In this document: piece after piece, positions 1-12,873 of the stretch
Layout of the letters: each line of letters starts with the position of its first letter
How positions within the stretch are numbered: position 1 is the stretch's first letter
Source: Anthoceros angustus
Taxonomy: Eukaryota; Plantae; Anthocerotophyta
DNA: 64,000 nucleotides
Assembly: GCA_010909165.1 (NCBI GenBank)
Contig: MU008207.1
Coordinates: forward strand, 124,001-188,000
Direction of reading: 5' to 3'
Made by a program: the position numbers and the translations under genes
Notes under the pieces: generated by a model
What the model saw: only the letters and a program-made list of their open reading frames with translations
Told to the model about the DNA's origin: nothing
The model's database searches: none

Positions 1-203
1 AAGAGGAGAAGAGAGGAGGAGGCAAGTGTAGCTCTCTCACATTGAGATGAGGCTTGGAGGGTATTTATACCTCCAATAGGGCTCCACAGAAGGAGCACAA
101 GAAGCTTCCTAGTGATTAGCTTGCTAAACTAATGATACTTAATCGACACCTAACTTAGACTAAGTGTATTAGTCTAAGTACATTGGGCTTTAATACCCTT
201 ACA
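1..203 (-). mobile_element. 3' LTR (partial) of Ty1/copia element A
   Basis: On the minus strand a purine tract (AAGTGGGAGGT, 215-204) is followed by TGTAAGGG at 203 and a TATA-like GGTATAAATACC. The same sequence recurs at about 5215-5449 and 6310-6533. Confidence 0.8.
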
Positions 204-248
204 ACCTCCCACTTAAAAGCCAATTTACCTTCAGGAGAATGGACTATC

Positions 249-1400
249 TCATGCCCATCGTCCGAGCTTGTGCAAATTGTCTGTAGAGAGTCCCTTGGTA
301 AGAATATCTACAGGGTTCTGGCTGGTGTGAACCTTGACAAGGTGTACCCTCTTGTCATCTAACACCTCTCGAATGAAGTGATACTTCACATCCACATGTT
401 TAGTCTTCGCATGAAACATCGGATTCTTTGCCAATTGATAGCACTGCTATCACAATGCAACACCGGCAACCAACCTTGATCCCCAAGTCTCCCACTAAAC
501 GAGCAAGCCATATGGCTTCCTTGCAAGCCCCGCTGTCGCAACATACTCTGTGGTAGATAGCGAATGCACGATCGCAAACGAGATCGCCATGAGATCGCCT
601 CCAAAGGCACATGAAGACATAACTCGATGTGGACCTCCTTTTGTCCATATCCCTGCATAATCGGCATCATGTACCCAACCACATGCATCTTCACTACCAA
701 AACATATGCACAAAGCTTTTGTACCATTCGGATACCTCATAACTCCTTTTATCGCCTCCCAATGCTTCTTGCTGTGGTTTGACATAAACTCGCTAACCAC
801 TCCCACCGCAAAGGCAATGTCGACGTAGCAATCATTGCATACATCAAACTCCCTACATGATGAGTATGGGACCTTCTCCATTTCAACTTTGTCCTCCTCG
901 TAGCTTGGGCAATCCGCTTGAAAGTTTCACATATGGAGGCAATGGAGTACCCAATGGCTTCCCCTTCTCCATGTTGAAACGTTGAAGCACCCTGTTAATG
1001 TATTCCGTCTCGAGACAAATAAAGCGACGCTATGTCTCGAATACGCATGCCAAGTATATGGCTCGCCTCTCCCAAGTCTCGCTATTTCAAAGTGAGCATT
1101 CAACTTTGACTTCAACAAATCTCATCAAGATCGCTCCCAAAGAATTAGCATATCATCCACATAGAGGATCAAAATGAGCAAGCTTTGATCCTTAGCTTGC
1201 TTCAGATAGAGGCAATGATCCTCATCGCCACGCTTGTAGCCTTGAGAAAGCATAAATGAGTGGAACTTGTGATACCACTGGTGCCTGCTTCAAACCATAA
1301 AGGCTCTTCCTCAACCTCGCACACCGATGCTCTTTGCCCTTCTCAACAAAACCTTCCGTTGTCGCAGACGCCCTCTTGAAGGTCACCATGCAAGAATATT
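249..1400 (-). pseudogene. Degenerate Ty1/copia RT and RNase H (element A)
   Basis: Frameshifted minus-strand pieces: LHGDL..EGFVEKGKE, EKVPYSS, KHWEAIKGVMRY, DKRRSTSSY, and NPMFHAKTKHVDVKYHFIRE...NPVDILTKGL. Confidence 0.9.
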
Positions 1401-1409
1401 ATTCAAGAA

Positions 1410-3220
1410 TATCTCCTTTTCATAAGTGGGGTACTTCGGCTTGAGATCGATATTGCAATTGGCGGAGTGCTCATGCAAGAAGGTAGGCCGGTGGCTTACG
1501 AATCAAGGAAGTTGCATGAACATGAAAAGGAAGTACCCACTTATGAAAAGGAGATGATCCGCCATCAATTGTCTCAAGATTTGGAGACATTATCTTCTAG
1601 GAAGATCTTTTGCCGCATACGACAATGTAAGCACGAGCTTCTTTACAAATCAGCGACTAAGCGCAAGGCAGCTAGATGGCAAGATTTCCTAGCAATGTAT
1701 GATGTGTCTATCAAGTACAAGCCGTGGAAGGAGAATCTCGTGGCGTATGCTTTGAGTCGCAAGGTAGTTTAAGTTTGATAACCGCTTATCAAGAGGCCTA
1801 AGCTAGCCGCAATACGTATGGTGATTGAGCCAAGGACACTCACACGCAGATCAAGGAAGCTTATCTGCGAGATCCATTAGCATGTGATTGGATCAATGAA
1901 GTGGAGCAACCAGGATCTAAGTTTAAGCTTAGGGATGGCTTGTTGGTGTTCAAGCAAAACAGGATTATAATTCCTGATCCTTATGTGTTGAGAAGGAAGT
2001 TGCTTACAGAGTGTTATGATGTGCCAAGTGCAGGTCAAAGAAGGATTGACCCAACTTATGAGAAGTCGAGAAAGCCGTTTTACTGGCCTGGAATGTACAA
2101 GCATACCGTTGAGTATGTTAAGTCTTGTGTAGACTGTCAGTAGGATTAGGTGGAACAGACAAATCCGCGAGGTTTGTTGCAACCCCTGCCTATTCCAAGT
2201 GGGCCTTGAAAAGTATATCAATGGATTTCATTATGCCATTGCCACCAAGAATGGACACACTATCATGATGTTGGTTGATAGATTCAAGCAAGCACACTTC
2301 ATCCCTACTGAAGCGGTGAAAGCTTGAAGTTGCTCGATTGTTCAAGAAGCATGTATATGTGTTACATGGACGCCTATGCAGTTGTGAGTGAGAGATCCCA
2401 GTTCTGCGAGTTTTGGCAACTTATGAAGAGCTTAGGAGTGCAATTATGTATGAGCAGCACACACATGTATGGATCAACAGAGGGTGAATGTAATCCAAGA
2501 AGAATACTTACGACACTATGTATGATGGACCAATAGATGGAGTAATCATCTTGAGGATGCATAATTTTGTTATAATAACACTGTACATAGCTCCACAGGC
2601 TACACACCTTTTCAGATGACAGGTAAGCAATGGACGTAGTTTCCATGTTGAATGCTAGCGTGTTTGAGACAGCAGCAAGAGAACCACGTGAATTCATTGA
2701 GCAGTTAAGGGCCAGGCATGAAGTTGCTAAGAAGATATTGGCCAAGGCTCGTGACAAAAGAAGTTTCGATGTACAGCAAGAGGCAGAGTTTCAAGTAGGA
2801 GACAAGGTGTGGGTGAAATTGAAGAATTTCCCACTGCCACAAGGGCTGACCTCAAAGTTAAGGCCTAAGTATGGAGGACCTTTCGTAGTTCAAGCGCATT
2901 GGAAATGTGGCTTACAAACTACTCGAATGGATCTTCTCTCATAATGTGTTTCATGTCTCTTTGTCAAACCATTTGTGATTTCGAAGAGAATGAAGATATG
3001 AACAGAAGGATTATGTCATCCCGGTTCAACACAATCATGGTCTCATGGGAGATTGTTGAATTCTCGGCAGAGAGAAGTGCCCATCGTCTGTGGTAATGTA
3101 CCGTAGTATCCGTAAGGCTTCGTGGTTATGCAGATCCGTCTGGTTTCACTTGAAGATGTGCAACAAGGATCATGGATGATCTCGTTAATCGGAGGTCATT
3201 GAGGACAATGACATCTTCCA
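1410..3220 (+). mobile_element. Degenerate Ty3/gypsy pol 3' half (RNase H, integrase, probable chromodomain)
   Basis: GVLMQEGRPVAYESRKL, ARWQDFLAMYDVSIKYKP, KLLTECYDVPSAG..FYWPGMY..YVKSCVDCQ, SMDFIMPLP, LRPKYGGPFVV. It ends in the purine tract GGGGAGAGAGTAA (3222-3234). Confidence 0.9.
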
Positions 3221-3234
3221 TGGGGAGAGAGTAA

Positions 3235-3822
3235 TGCAGTGAAACAAGGTAGAAAGGTGAAAAGTTGAAAAGGTAAAAGCTAAGTTAGTAGCCTCAAGAA
3301 GATGCATGTGTTGCATGCTTCATGCAATCTCTTGTTAGAGAGGAATTGCTACATGACAAATGAAGAGCTGCCTAGAGAGGACTCTTAGTGATTAGTGGTC
3401 CGTAAGAATCCCTAGATTTAACAAATGCCTAGTTAAGGTCGTGCGGGATATATAAGGGCTAGAGCAAGGGCTTTGAGGAACAAGTTACAAGTTACTCACT
3501 CTTGAGAGAGCAAAGGCCTGCAAGCCTTGTGTTGAGAGAGGCATGGAGAGCTAGCTAGTGAGCTTGTCATGGAATCAAGGGCGAGCGGCTGGGCGATAGC
3601 CGATTCCATCGTTGTATTCTTGTAATAAAGAGCAAGACCTCGAGGAGGTGGCCCGCGAGTCGCGGACGGCGGGCTACTTGGAGCCTAGTCCGTGTCGTGA
3701 GGTTGAGAGCTTGAGAATCGTGCAAGTCTCTTGTGGAGTGAATTGGCGAGGTCCTAGACCGGAAGCCAAGACTTGACGCTTCATCCGCCGCAGTGAGGGG
3801 TGTTACTTGAGTGGTATCGAGC
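3235..3822 (+). mobile_element. Ty3/gypsy LTR followed by a tRNA-Met-type PBS
   Basis: Starts TG after the PPT, contains GGGATATATAAGGG and AATAAA, and ends near GTGTTAC (3806). TGGTATCGAGC at 3812-3822 is one base short of the canonical TGGTATCAGAGC. Confidence 0.75.
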
Positions 3823-3859
3823 GTAGTCCATTCCTCCGAGTGACTAGAGAGTGCACAAG

Positions 3860-4725
3860 ATGGTCAATGAGAAGCGAAGGAGAGGTCAAGAAGCGTAAGG
3901 AGAGGTGAAGAAGCGGTCTCCGCCGATCATCCGCCTCAACCGTCAAGATTCATCATCGTCGGAACAAGAGGAAGTGAGAGCGCTACCGAGAGCACAAGAG
4001 CCCATCCGAGAGAAGTCGAGGACTGAAGAACGGATGGTGGAAGTACTTTATCAAGTTCTTCCAGGTGTCTTAGACGATGTAATGACTTCAAGGAAGAAGA
4101 AGAAGCAGAGCCCACAGCTCAACAAGGCGAAGATGCGGAAGAACAAGAAGAAATCTTCCCGGCGAATTCAGCAGGCATCTTCAAAGTGGCTCCGAAATCG
4201 AGCATGAAGCTAGCCCTACCAGATAAGTATGAGGGAGAAAGAGATGCAAGTCATTGATTCTTGGATCTATTCTATTGAGACTTATCTCGCCTCATCCGTG
4301 TTGAGCCGAGTACTAATTAGGTACTGTTGGTAATTTCTTAAAGGGCTATGCTTTGGTGCAGTGGCGAGTTATGGTGCTAATGTTGCCTGTGGTAACCGAG
4401 CACATACCATCATGCATCGGGCATCCTTCAAAGAAGCCCTCAAGAAGCGGTTCCAACTGCGAATGCTTCGCCTATAGAGCACTTGACAATATCAAGCAAA
4501 CAGTAATCGCATTATATGGGCAGTACCTTCAAAGTGAAGCTGCCATGCACCGCACTACTATGAGTGAAGATGACAAACCGCATCGCTTCATGGTGGTTTG
4601 AAGGATTGGGCTGCTAATGTAATTGAGTTGCGTAGTCCAACTACATTGCAGGCCAGCCAGCCAGATGCCATCCCAGATACTTTCCATTCTAGTACATCCA
4701 ACTCCCCCAGAAGATTTCGAGGCAG
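3860..4725 (+). pseudogene. Degenerate Ty3/gypsy gag
   Basis: Basic/acidic N-terminal ORF, a KLALPDKYEGERDA gag-like motif and LKDWAANVIELRSPTTLQ; lies directly downstream of the PBS. Confidence 0.65.
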
Positions 4726-4729
4726 TACC

Positions 4730-5449
4730 CGTGTACAAGTTCCATATCATTCCTGGCAACCAAAGCAAGAACACATCGCAAAGTTGTCATTTTGACTAAT
4801 GGTGAGAAAATCTCATCAAAGTCAATGCCTGGCTGTTGCTTGAAACCCTTAACAACCAATCGTGCCTTGTACTTTGGTTTCCCATCATGAGGTATGACCT
4901 TCATCTTGTACACCCATTTGCACGGTAGTGCCTTCTTATCCTTAGGCAACGGAACCAACTCCCAAGTTTGGTTCTTATGCAACAATTCATCATCGCATGG
5001 CCTTCTCCCACTTCTCTTTGTTGCCCATTGACATGGCCTCGTTGTAAGAAGAGGGTTCCCCACAACTGCCGCGACATAATCCGAGATGGATCATACCGCC
5101 GAGGTCGTGTAATCGCCCCGACCCACGAAGCATGTGCACTCTATAGGTGCTTGTTCGACTCTTGGTTCATCTGGTGGTAAATGGCTCGATACGGTTGAAG
5201 GATCGTGGCGGACATGATGGTGGAAAGAGGAGAAGAGAGGAGGCAAGTGTAGCTCTCTCACATTGAGATGAGGCTTGGAGGTATTTATACCTCCAATAGG
5301 GCTCCCTAGGAAGCTCCACAAGAAGCCCCTAGGAAGGAGCACAAGAAGCTTCCTAGTGATTAGCTTCAGCTAAACTAATGATACTTAACTGACATCTAAC
5401 TTAGACTAAGTGTATTAGTCTAAGTACATTGGACTTTAATACCCTTACA
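4730..5449 (-). mobile_element. Copia element A: 5' LTR joined to the start of RT
   Basis: LTR copy (TGTAAGGG at 5449 to about 5215), then EPSSYNEAM-like sequence, HKNQTWELVPLPKDKKALPCKWVYK, and YKARLVVKGFKQQPGIDFDEIFSPLVKMTTLR. Confidence 0.85.
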
Positions 5450-8400
5450 GAGGAGGGATCATCAAAAGTAGTAAGGTATCCTAGAGGTGGTTCCTTCCAC
5501 CCTGCAGGCCCAGAGACAACTGGTCTGGTTCTTAGGTTGTACCTTGGTGCAGGTTGTACATCTTCGTTGATGACTTGTTCTGAAGTGTTCTCTTCTTCTT
5601 TAGGAGTTCATGTATAGGAGGAACGGCTCATCTTCATCCGAATATTCGGGGCTTGGAAAGTTCATTGTTCGGGATATTAGGAAGATCTTCAAGGTGTTAA
5701 GGAATTTCCATATCCGGATCCGGAGTAGTGGGTCGTCTTGGAGAAGGTGGCTCCTCCTCCTCCTGCGGTATAAGTTCGAAGGAGAGGAAGGGGGTAATGT
5801 AGGGTAATAAATCCGTCATTATCAAAGCGGCGAGATGATTATCATCGAGGCGATGCAGTGTACAAGTTCCATATCATTCACGGCAACCAAAGCGAGAACA
5901 CATGTGAAAGTTGTCATTTTGACTAATGGTGAGAAAATCTCATCAAAGTCAATGCACTGGCTTGAAACCCTTAACAACCAATCGTGCCTTGTACTTTGGT
6001 TTCCCATCATGAGAGTATGACCTTCATCTTGTACACCCATTTGCGGTGGTGCCTTATCCTTAGCAGCGGAACCAACTCCCAAGTTTGGTTCTATGTGGTC
6101 GTTGACATGGCCTTCTCCACTTCTCTTTGTTGCCCATTGACATGGCCTCGTTGTAAGAAGAGGGTTCCCCACACTCGGCACATAATCCGAGATGGATCAT
6201 ACATCGAGGTCGTGTAATCACGACCTCTGCACCTCTATAGGTGCTTGTTCGACTCTTAGTTCATCTCAGGTAAATGGCTCGATACGTTGAAGGATCGTGT
6301 GGCGGACATGATGGTGGAAAGAGGAGAAGAGGAGGAGGCAAGTGTAGCTCTCACATTGAGATGAGCTTGGAGGTATTTATACCTCCAATAGCTCCCTAGG
6401 AAGCTCCACAAGAAGCCCCTAGGAAGGGCACAAGAAGCTTCCTAGTGATTAGCCGGTGAACTAATGATATGGCCGACATCTAACTTAGACTAAGTGTATT
6501 AGTCTAAGTACATTGGACTTTAATACCCTTACAGAGGAGGGATCATCAAAAGTAGTAAGGTATCCTAGAGGTGGTTCCTTCCACCTGCAGCCCGAGACAA
6601 GCAGTGGTTCTTAGGTTGTACCTTGGTGCAGGTTGTACATCTTCGTTGATGACTTGTTCTGAAGTGTTCTCTTCTTCTTTAGGAGCTGGTTCGTTGATAG
6701 GAGGGACTGGCTCATCCTCATCCAGATATTCAGGCTCGGAAAGTTCATTGTTCGGGATATTAGGAAGATCTTGAAGGTGTTGAGGAATTTCCATATCTGG
6801 ATCTGGAGTAGTGGGTCGTCTTGGAGAAGGTGGCTCCTCCTCCTCCTGCAGTATAGGTTCAACCGAGGGAGAGGAAGGGTAATGTAGGGTAATAAATTCG
6901 TCAGCATCAAAGGACGAGGGCAGATGATTGTCATCGAGAACGAAGACATGAGTGTCCACTGAAGGAGAAAGTATTGGAGACTCATGAAAGGTAACGCTCC
7001 GAGCGTATATTAGTCTCTTGGTAACGGGATCAAATAATTTGTATCCTTTAATGCCTTCAGTGTAGCCAATAAAAGTATATTTGGCAGCCTTATCATCTAA
7101 TTTATTGCGCTGTGCTTTAGGAATATAAACATAAAATGCGTGCCAGATGATCGATCTATAGAGGCTTTTGCGTGAATGCTTCATAAGGTGTCATACCTTT
7201 AACCGCTAAGGTTGGCATTCTATCAATGAGATATGTTGTTGTAAGCATTGCTTACGCCCAATATGATTTGGTTAATTTGGCTTGGGAGGCAAGCAACTGT
7301 GATCTCTTGAAGGCGTAAGTTCTTATTCTGCTACGCCATTTTTGGGCGTATATATAAGCTGAGTTGTTGAGCAATGCCTTGAGCTCGACAAAAATCTGAA
7401 GATGGTCGATGCAAGGCTTTCTGCCAGTGAATGCTTCATGAGGTGTCATACCTTTAACCGCTAAGGTTGGCATTCTATTGATGAGATACGTTGTTGTAAT
7501 CATTGCTTCGCCCAATATGATTTGGTTAATTTGGCTTGGAGGCAAGCAACACATCTCTTGAGGCGTAAGTTTTTATTCTACGCCTTTCATCATTTTTGGA
7601 GGTGTGTATACAAGCTGAGTTGTTGAGCTATGCCTTGAGCTCGACAAAAATCATTAAAAGCATGTGATGTAAACTCGCCCATTGTCGGAGCGGAGGTCTT
7701 GAGTTTCTTATGCGTAAGTCTCTCCACCCACATCAAGTCCAGTAAAAGTCTTGAAAAGCTTCACTTTTGTGTTTAAGGATATATGTTGAGGTAAGCAGGA
7801 GAAATCATCAATGAAAGTAAGGAAGTATCTACAACCACTAAAGGATGGTGCAGTGGGCGCAAATGTCTGTGAACTAACTCAAGGGGTGATATAGCCCATG
7901 TGGAGTTATTTTGGAAGGGAGCGTGATGTCTTTTGGTTACAACACAAGCTTCACACCGAGGATGATGGTTCTATCATGGAAAGGAAGGACTTCTATAGAG
8001 ATTTCCCTTAGACATTTGAATGAGTTTTGGCTGTTAGGATGACCCTAAGCGACAATGCCAAAGTATGGTGTTGGAGGATGTTGCAAAATTTTGGGAAGCT
8101 TCATGTATCTTATCATGTAAACCCACACTTGGAGCAGTTTATATAACCGTCCTCTAAAGTGCAGGCGGATGGTATATGGGACTTACTCGGAAGATAAGAG
8201 ATAAGACAACTATCTGCGTTTAAAATGACTTGCATACTATGTTCTAAACATAAGCTAGCAGCAGACACTAAGTTTTTACACATGGATGGTACATGAAGGA
8301 CATGAGAGAGAGAGAGAACTTGGCCTGAAGAACATCTGAGAATGACGGAACCTACACCAGAGATGGGGAGGTTGTGGTCATCGCCCAGTAGGACAGTCTG

Positions 8401-11400
8401 GTGTCCTGTGACTGGCGAATAGGACTCAAAAGAGTTTGTGTAGCGGATGTGTGATGTAGCTCCAGTCCAAGTACCAATATGGGTTTGTTGGCTTGATGAT
8501 GCCAAGCATACGGTGAGCGGTGGTGTTGAGGAAGATTGTTTCTTCACACGAGGATAGTGGTTCTATCATGGACAGGGAAGGACTTCTATAGAGATTTCCC
8601 TTAGACATTTGAATGAGCTTCTGGCTGTTAGGATGACCTAAATGACAATGCCAAAGTATGGTGTTGGAGGACGTTGCAAAATTTTGGGAAGCTACATGTA
8701 TCCTATCATGTAAGGGACCCACTTGGACAGACAGTTTGTATAACCCGTCCTCTAAAGTGCCTGAGCAGATGGTATGTGACTTACTCGGAAGATAAGAGAT
8801 AAGACAACTATCTGCGTTTAAAATGACTTGCATACTATGTTTCAGAACATAAGCTAGCAGCAGACACTAAGTTTTTACACATGGATGGTACATGAAGGAC
8901 ATGAGAGAGAGAGAGAACTTGGCCTGAAGAACATCTGAGAACGACGGAACCTACACCAGAGATGGGGAGGTTGTGGTCATCGCCAAGAGGGATGCTTTGG
9001 TGTCCTGTGTGATCGAATAGGACTCAAAAGAGTTTTGCTAGACAGATGTGTGATGTAGCTCCACCGTCCAAGTACCAATATGGGTTTGTTGGCTTCGATG
9101 ATGCGTGAGAGCTGATGATGTTGAGGAAGATTGTTTCACAACGACATGTGCTCCAGTGCGGCCTCCTTTCTAGGCTCGCCATTCTTCTTCTTATTTGCGT
9201 CCTTCTCCATATGATTCGGTATCGCACCAATTACAAATAACTCAATCTTCTTTTTACCTTTTGCGGTGTTGAAGAAGATGTAGATTCTCTATGAGGAGTT
9301 GATATATGGGCGAGAGGTGTTGGGTCTTACATGGCATGACCTCGGCCTCTACCTCTGCCTCTTCCGGTGAACATCACTTGCTATGCGGTGGGCAGTGTCG
9401 TGACGATGGCTGGAGTCCTCTGTATTATGGCTTCTATGAGTTCATTTGTCGATATCCAGCGTTGAGGAACCTTCAGATACCATTGCCTTCTATGCATTAC
9501 GGAGCATTTTGTGTTGTCACGATGGATATGGAAGGTGGTAGAGTGGATAAGAGATTAATGAATGCATTCTTTTGGAGATTTTCATGCTCTTTGCTTCAAG
9601 GTTATTTTAGCCAATCTAAAAGTACTAATATGGCTCTCAATGAAATCGTTTCTCTCATCTTGAAATTTGAAATTTTGGTGGTAGTCAATATGCTCATCAC
9701 ATCATTTGAAGCATATATTTGAGCAAGATATCATTTCCTTGGAGGTATTTGCTTCGAGACTTGTCGGACCATTGATTGATAAGTCCACTTATGATGATCT
9801 CTTGAGGCGTAAGTTTTTATTCTACGCCTTTCATCATTTTTGGAGGTGTGTATACAACTGTGAGTTGTTGAGCTATGCCTTGAGCTCGACAAAAATCATT
9901 AAAAGCATTTGATGTAAACTCGCCTCCATTGTCGGAACGGAGGATCTTGAGTTTCTTGTCTGCAAGTCTCTCCGCCCACATCAAGTCCGTAAAGTGCTGA
10001 AAAGCTTCACTTTTGTGTTTAAGGATGTATGTTGAGGTAAAACGGGAGAAATTATCAATGAAAGTAAGGAAGTATCTACAACCACTAAAGGATGGTGCAG
10101 AAACTGGGCCGCAAATGTCTGTGTGAACTAACTCAAGGGGTGCTTTAGCCCGCTGTGGAGGGTTATTATGAAAAGGTGCTTGGTGTCTTTTGGTTACAAC
10201 ACAAGCTTCACACCAGGATAGTGGTTCTATCGTGGACAGGGAAGGACTTCTATAGAGATTTCCCTTAGACATTTGAATGAGCTTCTGGCTGTTAGGATGA
10301 CCTAAATGACAATGCCAAAGTATGGTGTTGGAGGACGTTGCAAAATTTTGGGAAGCTACATGTATCTTATCATGTAAACCCACTTGGATGAGAGCAGTTT
10401 GTATAACCCGTCCTCTAAAGTGCCCGAGCAGATGGTATGTGACTTACTCGGAAGATAAGATAAGACAACTATCTCTGCGTTTAAAATGACTTGCATACTA
10501 TGTTCTAAACATAAGCTAGCAGACACTAAGTTTTTACACATGGATGGTACATGAAGGACATGAGAGAGAGAACTTGGCACGAAGAACATAGAAACAGCGG
10601 AACCTACACCAGAGATGGGGAGGTTGTGGTCATCGCCCAGTAGGACAGTTTGGTGTCCTGTGACTGGCGAATAGGACTCAAAAGAGTTTGTGTTGTGACA
10701 GATGTGTGATGTAGCTCCACTGTCCAAGTACCAATATGGGTTTGTTGGCTTCGATGATGCCAAGCATGCAGTGAGAGCTGATGATGTTGAGGAAGATTGT
10801 TTCTTCACAACGACATGTGCTCCAGGTGCGGCCTCCTTTCTAGGCTCGCCATTCTTCTTCTTGTTGCAGTCCTTCTCCATATGATTCGGTATTCTGCACC
10901 AATTACAAATAACTCTAATCTTCTTTTTACCTTTTGCAGGTGTTGAAGAAGATGTAGATTCTCCATGAGGAGAGTTGGTATATGGGCGAGAGGTGTTGGG
11001 TCTTCTGCCTTGGCCACGGCCTCGGTCTCTACCTCTGCCTCTTCCAGTGAACACCACTTGCTGTCTGGTGGAGCGAGTGTCGTGACGATGGCTGGAGTCC
11101 TCCTGTATTATGGCTTCTATGAGTTCATTTAAGCTGATATCCAGCGTTGAGGAACCTTCAGATACCATTGCCTTCTATGCATTACGAAGGACGGCATTTT
11201 GTGTTGTCACGAACGCCCGATAGGAAGGTGGTAGAGTGGATAAGAGATTAATGAATGCATTCTTTTCGGAGATTTTCTCGCCAGATGCTGCTTCAAGGTT
11301 ATTTTTAGCCAATCTAAAAGTACTAATATGGCTCTCAATGAAATCGTTTTCTCTCATCTTGAAATTCTGGAAATTTCGGGTGGCCGTCAATATGCTCATC

Positions 11401-11837
11401 ACATCATTTGAAGCATATATTTGAGCAAGATGGCCCCACATTTCCTTGGAGGTATTTGCTTCTGAGACTTGTCGGACCATTGATTCAATAAGTCCACTTA
11501 TGATGATATCTTGAGCCTTCTAATCCTTGATGTCCCATTTTTCTTTAGAATCCTGATTCCAGAGGTCACGATCAATATCACCGCTAACGATATCCCATAA
11601 GTCACGTTGTCGCAGTACTCCTTTGGCACGTATTTGCCAAACGTCATATCCTTTTCCATTGAATCTATCTTTCTCCTTGAAGCCTTCTCCATGAACCACA
11701 GTTGTATGTGCAAAGTCAGAAGTCTTTCTCTTCCACTCTTCTTCCCATTTGGCTCTTTCTTCACCAAGCCATTTTTTAAGTTTTTTGGCGTCTGCGTCTG
11801 AATTTGTAACTTCGTCAATTACTTGCTCCTCAGACAT
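5450..11837 (-). mobile_element. Ty1/copia element B gag-pol (gag, zinc knuckle, protease, integrase). Cleanest copy about 9790-11837; repeated noisy copies 7100-9790
   Basis: RFNGKGYDVWQIRAKGVLRQRDLWDIV (gag), CNWCRIPNHMEKDC (CCHC), WYLDSGATSHIC (protease), LWHCHLGHPN...CEAC, LELVHTDICGP, KILRSDNGGEF (integrase), and KLDDKAAKYTFIGY...GYKLFDP. Confidence 0.92.
5820..6533 (-). repeat. Indel-rich second copy of the copia A LTR+RT block
   Basis: Near-identical to 4730-5449 but with many 1-2 nt indels; the adjacent copia B segment 5450-5820 is likewise repeated at 6534-6900. Confidence 0.85.
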
Positions 11838-11873
11838 TGCAGGTGATGTTCAATATCAATGAAGATAGCTGGA

Positions 11874-12452
11874 TCATGCTTGACGCAGAGTCCTCTTAAT
11901 AACTTTGGGAGTGACGCGTGAGCACGTGCTGCATTTCTTCATTGTTCTTTTGCAAGTATATGTATTGCTCCAGACAGAAAGGTCAGAAGTATCAACTTCT
12001 TTAATAGTTAGTTTCTCAACAGCTGTAGAGATTAAATGTATCTCTTGGGTAAGATAATTCAATCTCTCATCAGTAGAAGTATATATTTAAATAGCTTCTG
12101 ATCTAATGGAGTTGAGTATTTTCTGTAGTTTGTCTGGATTTGGGAAGAAAGTTGTAGTCTTTTTGTTGATGAATTGAATAATTGCAGACTCAATACATCC
12201 TATTTGATAAAGACTATATGTTGAAAGCAAAGTTCTTTTAGCTAGGCTGATGGACTTTGCTTTGTATTCAGACTCAGAGAGAAGAGCAAATATAAGGTTA
12301 CCAACATGGACTTCAAGCATATCATGTTCAATAGGGAAGTTAGTATCAAACTTCTCTGATGATACTTCTATGAAGTTTTGTCGTTGCCTCCTCCTTCTCT
12401 GTGTCTTAACTTTCCACCTTCTTTCATGTTCGCTAGGATTTAGAGAATCCAT
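11874..12452 (-). pseudogene. Extra ORF upstream of copia B gag, interrupted by one in-frame TAA
   Basis: ORFs 12087-12452 and 11874-12062 are in the same frame, separated by a single stop at 12087-12089. They lie between the PBS and the gag start. Confidence 0.5.
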
Positions 12453-12621
12453 TGAGAGCGAACAGGAGATGGATGCACAAATTGCGCATCCTTAGAACAC
12501 TTGATGCTATACTCGATTGCTGCCCATAATGAAGTCTCCACGATGCATAATTAGCAATAGAAGGAAGCTAGAGTAGCATTGGGCAGGAGGGAGTGTAGAG
12601 CTCAAGCATAGAGAGCTAGTT

Positions 12622-12873
12622 GCTCTAATATCATGAAGAGAATCAATAGCTTTTAGGCACAAAGTGTTACAATACAATTGAATTAAGAGTAAAGAGTACA
12701 AGCCTTTATATAGGCTAGGTGGTTAGGTGGTTACAACCATAAGTTGTTGTAACCACTAGGTAGTTGCAACTAATATAACAACTAACTACCTAGAGCAACT
12801 AATTATGTAACTACTTAATGCCCTAGATGGAAACTAATGTTTAAGGAAAGGTGCACTATTTTTTGTACTTACA
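12622..12873 (-). mobile_element. 5' LTR (12634-12873) and PBS (12622-12633) of copia element B
   Basis: Minus strand reads TGTAAG...CCTATATAAAGG...CTCTTCA, then TGATATTAGAGC, a transition-decayed TGGTATCAGAGC (tRNA-Met PBS). Confidence 0.75.
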
